Below are positions 51,436 to 62,089 of a DNA stretch of 62,089 nt, piece after piece. Origin of the DNA: Nemertoderma westbladi. Lineage: Eukaryota > Animalia > Xenacoelomorpha. The position numbers and the translations under genes were made by a program. Position 1 is the first letter of the stretch, and each line of letters opens with the position of its first letter. The stretch lies in assembly GCA_032718475.1 (NCBI GenBank), contig JAUCBJ010004684.1, positions 1 through 62,089 of the forward strand, read 5' to 3'. Under the pieces are notes generated by a model. It worked only from the letters and a program-made list of their open reading frames with translations, was not told the origin of the DNA and made no database searches.

Positions 51436-54400
51436 ATTAGTGGGGGAGTGGAGGTAGATAGGTTGAGAGTGGGGGAGTGGAGGTCGATAGGTTGGGAGTG
51501 GATGAGTGGAGGTAGATAGGTTGGGAGTGGGGGAGTGGAGGTCGATAGGTTGGGAGTGGGGGAGTGGAAGTCGATAGGTTGGGAGTGGGGGAGTGGAGGT
51601 AGATAGGTTGGGAGTGGGGGAGTGGAGGTCGATAGGTTGGGAGTGGATGAGTGGAGGTAGATAGGTTGGGAGTGGGGGAGTGGAGGTCGATAGGTTGGGA
51701 GTGGGGGAGTGGAGGTAGATAGGTTGGGAGTGGGGGAGTGGAGGTCGATAGGTTGGTAGTGGGAGTGGAGGTAGATAGGTTGGGAGTGGGGGAGTGGAGG
51801 TCGATAGGTTGGGAGTGGATGAGTGGAGGTAGATAGGTTGGGAGTGGGGGAGTGGAGGTCGATAGGTTGGGAGTGGGGGAGTGGAGGTCGATAGGTTGGG
51901 AGTGGGGGAGTGGAGGTAGATAGGTTGGGAGTGGGGGAGTGGAGGTCGATAGGTTGGTAGTGGGAGTGGAGGTAGATAGGTTGGGAGTGGTGGAGTGGAG
52001 GTCGATAGGTTGGGAGTAGGGGAGTGGAGGTAGATAGGTTGGGAGTGGGGGAGTGGAAGTCGATAGGTTGGGAGTGGGGGAGTGGAAGTCGATAGGTTGG
52101 GAGTGGGGGAGTGGAAGTCGATAGGTTGGGAGTGGGAGAGTGGAAGTCGATAGGTTGGGAGTGGATGAGTGGAGGTAGATAGGTTGGGAGTGGATGAGTG
52201 GAGGTCGATAGGTTGGGAGTGAATGAGTGGATGTAGATAGGTTGGGAGTGCGGGAGTGGAGGTCGATAGGTTGGGAGTGGATGAGTGGAGGTAGATAGGT
52301 TGGGAGTGGATGAGTGGAGGTCGATAGGTTGGGAGTGGATAAGTGGAGGTAGATAGGTTGGGAGTGGGGGAGTGGAGGTCGATAGGTTGGTAGTTGGGGA
52401 GTGGAAGTCGATAGGTTGGGAGTGCGGGAGTGGAGGTCGATAGGTTGGGAGTGCGGGAGTGGAGGTCGATAGGTTGGGAGTGGGGGAGTGGAAGTCGATA
52501 GGTTGGGAGTGGATGAGTGGATGTAGATAGGTTGGGAGTGGATGAGTGGAGGTCGATAGGTTGGGAGTGGATGAGTGGAGGTAGATAGGTTGGGAGTGGG
52601 GGAGTGGAGGTCGATAGGTTGGTAGTGGGGGAGTGGAGGTCGATAGGTTGGGAGTGCGGGAGTGGATGTAGATAGGTTGGGAGTGGATGAGTGGAGGTCG
52701 ATAGGTTGGGAGTGGATGAGTGGATGTAGATAGGTTGGGAGTGGATGAGTGGAGGTCGATAGGTTGGGAGTGGATGAGTGGAGGTAGATAGGTTGGGAGT
52801 GGGGGAGTGGAGGTCGATAGGTTGGTAGTGGGGGAGTGGAGGTCGATAGGTTGGGAGTGCGGGAGTGGAGGTCGATAGGTTGGGAGTGGATGAGTGGAGG
52901 TAGATAGGTTGGGAGTGGGGGAGTGGAAGTCGATAGGTTGGGAGTGGGGGAGTGGAAGTCGATAGGTTGGGAGTGGATGAGTGGAGGTCGATAGGTTGGG
53001 AATGCGGGAGTGGAGGTAGATAGGTTGGGAGTGGATGAGTGGAGGTCGATAGGTTGGGAGTGCGGGAGTGGATGTAGATAGGTTGGGAGTGGATGAGTGG
53101 AGGTAGATAGGTTGGGAGTGGGGGAGTGGAGGTCGATAGGTTGGTAGTGGGGGAGTGGAGGTCGATAGGTTGGGAGTGGATGAGTGGAGGTCGATAGGTT
53201 GGGAGTGCGGGAGTGGAGGTCGATAGGTTGGGAGTGCGGGAGTGGAGGTCGATAGGTTGGGAGTGGGGGAGTGGAAGTCGATAGGTTGGGAGTGGATGAG
53301 TGGATGTAGATAGGTTGGGAGTGGATGAGTGGAGGTCGATAGGTTGGGAGTGGATGAGTGGAGGTAGATAGGTTGGGAGTGGGGGAGTGGAGGTCGATAG
53401 GTTGGTAGTGGGGGAGTGGAGGTCGATAGGTTGGGAGTGCGGGAGTGGAGGTCGATAGGTTGGGAGTGGGGGAGTGGAAGTCGATAGGTTGGGAGTGGAT
53501 GAGTGGATGTAGATATGTTGGGAGTGGATGAGTGGAGGTCGATAGGTTGGGAGTGGATGAGTGGATGTAGATAGGTTGGGAGTGGATGAGTGGAGGTCGA
53601 TAGGTTGGGAGTGGATGAGTGGAGGTAGATAGGTTGGGAGTGGGGGAGTGGAGGTCGATAGGTTGGTAGTGGGGGAGTGGAGGTCGATAGGTTGGGAGTG
53701 CGGGAGTGGAGGTCGATAGGTTGGGAGTGGATGAGTGGAGGTAGATAGGTTGGGAGTGGGGGAGTGGAAGTCGATAGGTTGGGAGTGGGGGAGTGGAAGT
53801 CGATAGGTTGGGAGTGGATGAGTGGAGGTCGATAGGTTGGGAGTGCGGGAGTGGAGGTAGATAGGTTGGGAGTGGATGAGTGGAGGTCGATAGGTTGGGA
53901 GTGCGGGAGTGGATGTAGATAGGTTGGGAGTGGATGAGTGGAGGTAGATAGGTTGGGAGTGGGGGAGTGGAGGTCGATAGGTTGGGAGTGCGGGAGTAGA
54001 GGTCGATAGGTTGGGAGTGGGGGAGTGGAAGTCGATAGGTTGGGAGTGGATGAGTGGATGTAGATAGGTTGGGAGTGGATGAGTGGAGGTCGATAGGTTG
54101 GGAGTGGATGAGTGGAGGTAGATAGGTTGGGAGTGGGGGAGTGGAGGTCGATAGGTTGGTAGTGGGGGAGTGGAGGTCGATAGGTTGGGAGTGGATGAGT
54201 GGATGTAGATAGGTTGGGAGTGCGGGAGTGGATGTAGATAGGTTGGGAGTGGATGAGTGGAGGTCGATAGGTTGGGAGTGGGGGAGTGGAGGTAGATAGG
54301 TTGGGAGTGGGGGAGTGGAGGTCGATAGGTTGGTAGTGGGGGAGTGGAGGTCGATAGGTTGGGAGTGCGGGAGTGGATGTAGATAGGTTGGGAGTGGATG

Positions 54401-57095
54401 AGTGGAGGTCGATAGGTTGGGAGTGGATGAGTGGATGTAGATAGGTTGGGAGTGGATGAGTGGAGGTCGATAGGTTGGGAGTGGATGAGTGGAGGTAGAT
54501 AGGTTGGGAGTGGGGGAGTGGAGGTCGATAGGTTGGTAGTGGGGGAGTGGAGGTCGATAGGTTGGGAGTGCGGGAGTGGAGGTCGATAGGTTGGGAGTGG
54601 ATGAGTGGAGGTAGATAGGTTGGGAGTGGGGGAGTGGAAGTCGATAGGTTGGGAGTGGGGGAGTGGAAGTCGATAGGTTGGGAGTGGATGAGTGGAGGTC
54701 GATAGGTTGGGAGTGCGGGAGTGGAGGTAGATAGGTTGGGAGTGGATGAGTGGAGGTCGATAGGTTGGGAGTGCGGGAGTGGATGTCGATAGGTTGGGAG
54801 TGCGGGAGTGGAGGTCGATAGGTTGGGAGTGGATGAGTGGAGGTAGATAGGTTGGGAGTGGGGGAGTGGAAGTCGATAGGTTGGGAGTGGGGGAGTGGAA
54901 GTCGATAGGTTGGGAGTGGATGAGTGGAGGTCGATAGGTTGGGAGTGCGGGAGTGGAGGTAGATAGGTTGGGAGTGGGGGAGTGGAGGTCGATAGGTTGG
55001 TAGTGGGGGAGTGGAGGTCGATAGGTTGGGAGTGCGGGAGTGGATGTAGATAGGTTGGGAGTGGATGAGTGGAGGTCGATAGGTTGGGAGTGGATGAGTG
55101 GATGTAGATAGGTTGGGAGTGGATGAGTGGAGGTCGATAGGTTGGGAGTGGATGAGTGGAGGTCGATAGGTTGGGGGTGCGGGAGTGGAGGTCGATAGGT
55201 TGGGAGTGGAGGAGTGGAGGTCGATAGGTTGGGAGTGGATGAGTGGAGGTCGATAGGTTGGGAGTGGATGAGTGGAGGTAGATAGGTTGGGAGTGGGGGA
55301 GTGGAGGTAGATAGGTTGGGAGTGCGGAAGGGGAGGTCGATAGGTTGGGGGTGCGGGAGTGGAGGTCGATAGGTTGGGAGTGGGGGAGTGGAAGTCGATA
55401 GGTTGGGAGTGGATGAGTGGAGGTCGATAGGTTGGGAGTGCGGGAGTGGAGGTCGATAGGTTGGGAGTGGATGAGTGGAGGTAGATAGGTTGGGAGTGGG
55501 GGAGTGGAAGTCGATAGGTTGGGAGTGGGGGAGTGGAAGTCGATAGGTTGGGAGTGGATGAGTGGAGGTCGATAGGTTGGGAGTGCGGGAGTGGAGGTAG
55601 ATAGGTTGGGAGTGGATGAGTGGAGGTCGATAGGTTGGGAGTGCGGGAGTGGATGTAGATAGGTTGGGAGTGGATGAGTGGAGGTAGATAGGTTGGGAGT
55701 GGGGGAGTGGAGGTCGATAGGTTGGGAGTGCGGGAGTAGAGGTCGATAGGTTGGGAGTGGGGGAGTGGAAGTCGATAGGTTGGGAGTGGATGAGTGGATG
55801 TAGATAGGTTGGGAGTGGATGAGTGGAGGTCGATAGGTTGGGGGTGGATGAGTGGAGGTAGATAGGTTGGGAGTGGGGGAGTGGAGGTCGATAGGTTGGT
55901 AGTGGGGGAGTGGAGGGCGATAGGTTGGGAGTGGATGAGTGGATGTAGATAGGTTGGGAGTGGATGAGTGGAGGTCGATAGGTTGGGAGTGGATGAGTGG
56001 AGGTCGATAGGTTGGGGGTGCGGGAGTGGAGGTCGATAGGTTGGGAGTGGAGGAGTGGAGGTCGATAGGTTGGGAGTGGATGAGTGGAGGTCGATAGGTT
56101 GGGAGTGGATGAGTGGAGGTAGATAGGTTGGGAGTGGGGGAGTGGAGGTAGATAGGTTGGGAGTGCGGAAGGGGAGGTCGATAGGTTGGGGGTGCGGGAG
56201 TGGAGGTCGATAGGTTGGGAGTGGGGGAGTGGAAGTCGATAGGTTGGGAGTGGATGAGTGGAGGTCGATAGGTTGGGAGTGCGGGAGTGGAGGTCGATAG
56301 GTTGGGAGTGCGGGAGTGGAGGTCGATAGGTTGGGAGTGGGGGAGTGGAAGTCGATAGGTTGGGAGTGGATGAGTGGATGTAGATAGGTTGGGAGTGGAT
56401 GAGTGGAGGTCGATAGGTTGGGAGTGGATGAGTGGAGGTAGATAGGTTGGGAGTGGGGGAGTGGAGGTCGATAGGTTGGTAGTGGGGGAGTGGAGGTCGA
56501 TAGGTTGGGAGTGGATAAGTGGAGGTATATGGGTTGGGAGTGGGGGAGTGGAGGTAGTTGGGTTGGGAGTGGGGGAGTGGAGGTTGTTGGGTTGGGAGTG
56601 GGGGAGTGGAGGTAGTTGGGTTGGGTGTGGGGGAGTGGAGGTATATGGGTTGGGAGTGGGGGAGTGGGGGTCGATAGGTTGGGAGTGGGGAGTGGAGGTA
56701 GATGGGTTGGGATTGGGGGAGTGGAGGTTGTTGGGTTGGGAGTGGGGGAGGGGAGGTAGATAGGTTGGGTTTGGGGGAGTGGAGGTTGTTGGGTTGGGAG
56801 TGGGGAGTGGAGGTAGATGGGTTGGGATTGGGGGAGTGGAGGTTGTTGGGTTGGGAGTGTGGAGTGTAGGTAGATGTGTTTGGAGTGGGGAGTGGAGGTA
56901 GATAGGTTGGGAGTGGGGGAGTGGAGGTTGTTGGGTTGGGAGTGGTGAGTGGAGGTAGATGGGTTGGGATTGGGGGAGTGGAGGTTGTTGGGTTGGGAGT
57001 GTGGAGTGTAGGTAAATGTGTTTGGAGTGGGGAGTGGAGGTAGATAAGTTGGGAGTGCGGGAGTGGAGGAGGGTTGGGAGTGGGGGAGTGGAGGG
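51430..57095 (+). repeat. Satellite 4: 29-bp G-rich tandem repeat GTGGGGGAGTGGAGGT(A/C)GATAGGTTGGGA, about 195 copies, starting at the DCAF11 stop codon
   Basis: Period 29 (51541 and 51570). The + strand has almost no C. The array degenerates after about 56520. Confidence 0.97.
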
Positions 57096-57153
57096 TGCTG
57101 AAACTGTGAAAGGTTCTCTATGGTAATTTAAAGTTGTGGCATTGTCATGGAAT

Positions 57154-57871
57154 CAGGATGTTTTACGTTACGTTACGTTTGAAAAATTGAACTTTTTACG
57201 TTACGATATTACATTACGGAATAATTTCTAAATTACGTTTCGTTACTGTATTCAGAAAAAAATTAATTGCGTATTACCGAAAATACCGTAACGTAATTAC
57301 CGGTTCAGATTCCATAGGACCACAAAGAGATTTTTAAAGTTTCATCCTAATTTTGTATGAAAATCTGAAAATTATAGTTTCAATGTTTTGAAATTGCAAA
57401 TTAACTTAACATAAAAATAACTTTAAATTGGTAGAACGGCTTGGCTTGTGTTGTAATAGGTTGTCATAATAAGACATACAGGTAGCGGTGGCCCTGTAGG
57501 TAAGCCTACCATGTATCCTGTCCTGTAAATCTATGATCTATACCATACAGCATACTGCGTTATTATAGGCTACAGCTAGGATAGAGCAGAGCCTCAGTAT
57601 AAATAGTAACCTACCATGTAACCTGCTAACGGATCTAGGACACTCCCCCCACCCGGACAGTTCCCCCCCCGCCCAAGTAGGACCCTTCCCCCCCGGACAC
57701 TTCCCCCCGGACATTTCCCCGCGGACACTCCCCCCCCCCCCCCCCCCCCAGTTAAAGTGTTAAAATTAATCTGGGTACATCAAAGCTATAAACAAAAGTT
57801 AAAGATGGTTAAAAATATTGAGCTACGGTATTCCTAAAAAGATACCGTAACGTAAAGTAATAACATCCTTG
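57154..57871. mobile_element. Non-autonomous hAT-like MITE (718 bp)
   Basis: Imperfect TIRs CAGGATGTTTTACGTTACGTTACG ... CGTAACGTAAAGTAATAACATCCTTG, with internal CGTTAC/GTAACG motifs. The 8-bp flanks CATGGAAT (57146-57153) and CATGGATT (57872-57879) match at 7 of 8 positions. Confidence 0.72.
57630..57750 (+). repeat. Short array of GGACA(C/T)T(T)CCCCCC motifs nested in the MITE; possible terminus of a second element
   Basis: About 6 degenerate copies starting at GGATCTAGGACAC and ending in a poly-C run. Confidence 0.55.
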
Positions 57872-58133
57872 CATGGATTTTTGATAAAGATATATTTAAT
57901 GTCGATTTGTATGTTTAATTTGTACATATTTATAATTAGTATTACTTTTATTAATTTATTCCCAAGATTAAATTAGTAAAACATAAACGTCAGTATATCA
58001 TCATGTCTAATACACTTTCACCCTTAATCACACCGTCCCGGAGTATAGTATCTATATATTAGGTACTTAACTTCCAACCCCCTCCCCTCCCCCCCCCCCC
58101 CCCCAAGTTTTCTACAATCTTATTGAGATTGCA

Positions 58134-58308
58134 TTAAATTTGAAACAGCAAGATAGTTTTACCTCCCTCCTCTTTGCCTGGTGAGCCAGAATTTTTATTT
58201 TTGCTTTCATTTTTTAGCTTTTAAATTTGAAACATCAAGATAGTTTTACCTCCCTCCTCTTTGCCTGGTGAGCCAGAATTTTTTTTTGCCTTCATTCTTT
58301 AGCTTTGA
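58134..58308 (+). repeat. Tandem duplication of about 87 bp (2 copies)
   Basis: TAAATTTGAAACA(G/T)CAAGATAGTTTTACCTCCCTCCTCTTTGCCTGGTGAGCCAGAATTTTT...TTTAGCTTT occurs at about 58135 and about 58222. Confidence 0.9.
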
Positions 58309-58595
58309 AAAGGTGTCTCCGTCGATATTGCACCAGTTACACCGCAGTTATTCTTCAACCTTCATAGTGATTCGTTGGTACCGGTGAAAAAGCTGGCCGT
58401 GCAAGGATTCCAAATATGTAACATAATCTAAATTTCGTTGAAAAATAGTTGAGATATAGGCGTTCAAATGTTGAATGGTGACCATTCAACTAAAATAGCC
58501 TCTGCGCGAGACTATTACATTAAATTGATTAAATCGTTATTATTCTGTAATATTATGTTTATCTCATAAGTAGCTGGGCAGAATCAATAACTCTT

Positions 58596-59256
58596 TAGTA
58601 AGTATAGTACGGCCCAGTAAGTATAGTACGGCCCAGTAAGTATAGTACGGCCCAGTAAGTATAGTACGGCCCAGTAAGTATAGTACGGCCCAGTAAGTAT
58701 AGTACGGCCCAGTAAGTATAGTACGGCCCAGTAAGTATAGTACGGCCCAGTAAGTATAGTACGGCCCAGTAAGTATAGTACGGCCCAGTAAGTATAGTAC
58801 GGCCCAGTAAGTGTAGTACGGCCCATAAGTATAGTACGGTCCAGTAAGTATAGTACGGCCCAGTAAGTATAGTACGGCCCAGTAAGTATAGTACGGCCCA
58901 GTAAGTATAGTACGGCCCAGTAAGTATAGTACGGTCAAGTAAGTATAGTACGGCCCAGTAAGTATAGTACGGCCCAGTAAGTATAGTACGGCCCAGTAAG
59001 TATAGTACGGCCCAGTAAGTATAGTACGGCCCAGTAAGTATAGTACGGTCCAGTAAGTATAGTACGGCCCAGTAAATATAGTACGGCCCAGTAAGTATAG
59101 TACGGCCCAGTAAGTTAAGTACGGCCCAGAAAGTATACGTACGGCCCAGTAAGTATAGTACGGCCCAGTAAGTATAGTACGGCCCAGTAAGTATAGTACG
59201 GCCCAGCAAGTGTAGTACGGCCCAGTAAGTATAGTACGGCCCAGTAAGTATAGTAC
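58596..59256 (+). repeat. Minisatellite 5: 19-bp unit AGTAAGTATAGTACGGCCC, about 35 highly homogeneous copies
   Basis: Clear 19-bp periodicity. It explains the three overlapping minus-strand GPYYTYWAVLYLLGRTILT ORFs. Confidence 0.97.
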
Positions 59257-59591
59257 ATTAGTACATAGGAGCATTTTACAAGCAAAGTAATCCAATGCTT
59301 AACCGTGCCAGCCTGTTTCGTTAGGCAGCTAGTGCTATACGGCCCTTATATTCCAAAACCGTGTATCTCGATTTTTGACGAAAATGACATTATATTTGGG
59401 ATCAGAATTTCAAGGCGCATTTTCTTTACTGGTCCCGAGGCTTGAAAACTAAAAGCAAAGAAAATAGGGGGGCGACCAAAACCGTCTATCTCGATATTAT
59501 TTTAATCTATCTTGAATCATAATCGCAATTGCCAATGATATACAATGATACAATGATATTTATCAATGAAATACATTACATCTTTTTATCT

Positions 59592-59692
59592 GGATCCGGA
59601 CAATTGCGAGACGGACAATTGCGACCCGGTCAATTGCGACCCGGACAATTGCGACCCATAAATTTTTCCCAATATCATGGGTCGCAATTGTC
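59592..59692. repeat. Four 15-bp repeats CGGACAATTGCGACC plus one inverted copy (TGGGTCGCAATTGTC, 59678-59692); probable transposon terminus
   Basis: Direct copies at 59597-59657, preceded by GGATC. They produce the GQLRP repeat in ORF 59529-59786. Confidence 0.7.
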
Positions 59693-59861
59693 AAGGTTGC
59701 AAATTTTCCTAACATCGTTCATTGATATGTTTCAAAACACCGTTAATACGTCATTAATTTACGAAATTTACCTAGTAGTTAATTAATAATTAACAAATTA
59801 AGCTGCTAAAAGTGTTACTGTAACGCTGTATTTTAATGTTTCAGTTTAGGTAAACAAACAT

Positions 59862-60068
59862 GGGTAGGTGTAAAACGCGGAACCGGATTCAGGATCCGGA
59901 TACGGATCAGGACCCGGATTTGCGAGTGTAAAAGGCGGATCCGGATTTACATACAATCGGTAACTGAGTGTAATATGCGGATTCTGATGCGCAATCCGTA
60001 TTGCAGTGTAAAACGCGGATTCATATATTTTGTGAATCCGGAATGGAGTGTAAAATTACGGATTTACG
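59862..60068 (+). repeat. Five spaced copies of GTGTAAAACGCGGAT with GGATCC/CCGGAT motifs; probable transposon subterminal array
   Basis: Motif at about 59868, 59926, 59968, 60006 and 60048. Confidence 0.55.
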
Positions 60069-60084
60069 TTAATTACCAAGTTTT

Positions 60085-62085
60085 GGGCAATTCCATCGTT
60101 ACGGACTCACATTCATACGCAATTATTTTCGAATTTAATTGGCATATTTAATTAATAACTTTACAATATAAATAACATTCACCTATGGTGGCTGATGGAT
60201 TAATGGTACATATTTTCTTTGACTTATAAAAAAGAGTTGTATCTCATTTGATTCATAGGATATTGTAAATATAGTGCCCGTTACGGACTCACATGCAAAT
60301 GGACAAAGAAAAATTGCTCAATTTTATTTTGACAAATTCTCTTGAAATGTTTAACGCCATACGTTATAACTTTTACAATGAGAGGTAGATACATCAAATT
60401 TTGTAAATTTGTAAGTTAATAGCAGAAACATATGGTGGTAAACCTCATTTATAGATAAATTATTCGTTACGGACTCACAGAAAAAATTGTTACGGACTCA
60501 CACTTGAAATCGATATGCACTCGTTATTTTGTTTAGAAAAAAAAGAGCAACGACCAATGACTGTTTATGGTATTTATTCAATAAATATATTTATTACTTA
60601 TATACCTTTCGCTTTCACAATGTACCTTAAGTATCACTATTAGACATATCTTTAGTAGTGTTCATATTTTGAGTAGGCATATTTGGTGTGTGTATAGTAG
60701 TGTATATTTAATATCCTATAAGTTCATATGACCATAATTTGTTAAAATGACCAATTTCTAATTCTTTAACAACATAAATACCGCGTTCACGGAAAATTTT
60801 TTATACTGGAAAATAAATTTTTAACAGTATTTCGTTGTATTTATGTTTTACGATCACTACTATCACAGTACTTAAGTTATTCCACCTTGGCGTAGTTGGT
60901 TAAATCAGTGGCATTGAAATCACATCTCTCCTTGGGTCGTGGGTTCGATCCCATCATGAGGGCTAGGGTAGTTTTCGTTTCGGCACGAATACTTTAAAGA
61001 CCATAAAGGGACTTATTAGCCAGGGCGCATCTCTTCCTTCGTAAATTGTAGCTAAATGAGTAATGGAGTTTCCTCTGGGGAATATAGGAGGGGACCGCAC
61101 TGGAAATATACACTTTATTAATGAGACTTTGTGCGTAATCCCAGGCCTAACTGACGATATGTTTGGTATCTCAATCCATCATTCGCTCACTCGTTTCATG
61201 AAATATTGGCGAACTTCGAGTGTATCATACTATACCATCTTGGTCAGTAACTTCTGTCATCCGTGATATCTGTCATCCGTGATATATGCCGTTTAGCCCT
61301 TTCGGCCCAGAAATGTGAGTATTAGACGTAAGAGATAGGATTAAACGGGCGCAATGAAGAATGTCGTACATTAGGATGATGTACAGTATGAATGAATACG
61401 TTCGAATCTACTGTCGATGGACAATTGTCAGACTAATAGGAGCTGAATACTTTCAGTTTACATAGTGAATAATGTATACAAAGCAGAATGATTCTTACCT
61501 AACCTACCGCGTGGTGAGTCCGTAACGGAAAATTTGTGAGTCCGTAACGCTATTCTTAAACAGTTCAGCTGCAATACAGACCATAGAGACCTAATGGATG
61601 GTTTTGATTGGTTGTAAACCCAAAGGAAAATGATTGTCAGTGCAATACAGATGCGGGGTGTACTCCAAATTAAAACGTTAAGTACTTTTCGTTACGGACT
61701 CACATAATTCTGTAGGCCAAATCTAAAATTTTTGAAACATTGAATACACAATGCTATTCTGTCAATATTCAAATTTTTATCATAAATAAGCTTCTAATAA
61801 ATGTTGAATTTTCGGTTGGTGTAATTACCTGTCTTAATCAGACAATTTCAATGGTAGTAAGATTATGTCAAAAATGACATGTAATAATTTCTGCAAATTT
61901 GAAAATACGTAAAAAAAATTTCTCATATTCAATAATGAATAACCAGTTGTTACCCTCAAAAAAAATAAGAATCCGTCACTTTTATTAAAAATTTAATTCT
62001 TTCTCGTCATTTTGATACCAAAATTATGCTGATTAGATGACTTTTTATTTTCGACATAAGTGTTACATCAATGGTGGAATTGCCC
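60085..62085. mobile_element. Non-autonomous DNA transposon, 2,001 bp, Sola2-like (11-bp TIR GGGCAATTCCA, TTTT flanks)
   Basis: GGGCAATTCCA at 60085-60095 and TGGAATTGCCC at 62075-62085, with TTTT on both sides. The internal motif (C)GTTACGGACTCAC occurs five times direct (about 60097, 60279, 60465, 60489, 61691) and twice inverted (about 61515, 61536). No transposase is visible. The family call rests only on GRG..CYC ends and a 4-bp TSD. Confidence 0.7.
60881..60963 (+). pseudogene. Degenerate tRNA-like sequence resembling tRNA-Ser(TGA); tRNA pseudogene or SINE head
   Basis: A box TGGCGTAGTTGG at 60888-60899, B box GGTTCGATCCC at 60942-60952, TTGAAATC in the anticodon region and a long variable region. 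The stems pair poorly. Confidence 0.55.
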
Positions 62086-62089
62086 TTTT

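Noticed and set aside
56461-56763. Gly/Trp-rich ORF
   Set aside because: It is a stop-free stretch at the degenerate end of the 29-bp repeat.
67-59256. Tandem arrays as CRISPR arrays
   Set aside because: There are no unique spacers and no cas genes, and the context is a spliced eukaryotic gene.
58564-59295. Three overlapping minus-strand ORFs with a 19-aa repeat
   Set aside because: A 19-bp unit with no minus-strand stop gives the same peptide in all three frames, so this is not evidence of coding.
60881-60963. Functional tRNA gene
   Set aside because: The acceptor, anticodon and T stems do not pair properly by eye; tRNAscan-SE would settle it.
59529-61266. ORFs 59529-59786 and 61063-61266
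   Set aside because: Both are short with no recognisable domain. The first reflects the 15-bp repeat and the second lies inside the putative transposon.

Overview
This is eukaryotic (metazoan-looking, invertebrate-like) genomic DNA, about 87% tandem repeat. It holds the last three coding exons of a DCAF11/WDR23 (LEC14B-like) WD40 gene on the + strand: 18228-18358, 18766-19032 and 51125-51435. The main result is that the satellites around these exons look like tandem amplifications of the gene's own processing signals. (1) A 17-bp unit (about 1,900 copies) copied from exon end plus 5' splice donor fills a 32-kb intron. (2) A 28-bp unit (about 18 copies) is the 3' acceptor plus exon start. (3) A 19-bp unit (about 800 copies, 15 kb) reads AA ATA TTA GCT GG|GTTAGT, which is the predicted end of the missing upstream exon (E/K-I-L-A-G, in phase with A-N-D-G) plus its donor. 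(4) A 29-bp G-rich unit (about 195 copies) starts at the stop codon. Also present are a 5'-truncated, decayed RTE-like LINE with a 16-bp TSD in the last unit of satellite 1, and a cluster of non-autonomous DNA-transposon-like elements in the last 5 kb. A head-to-head SMART/PacBio ultra-low-input adapter at 15-66 is an assembly artefact, so array lengths need confirming. Copy numbers are span divided by unit length, and family assignments come from recalled motifs, not database searches.
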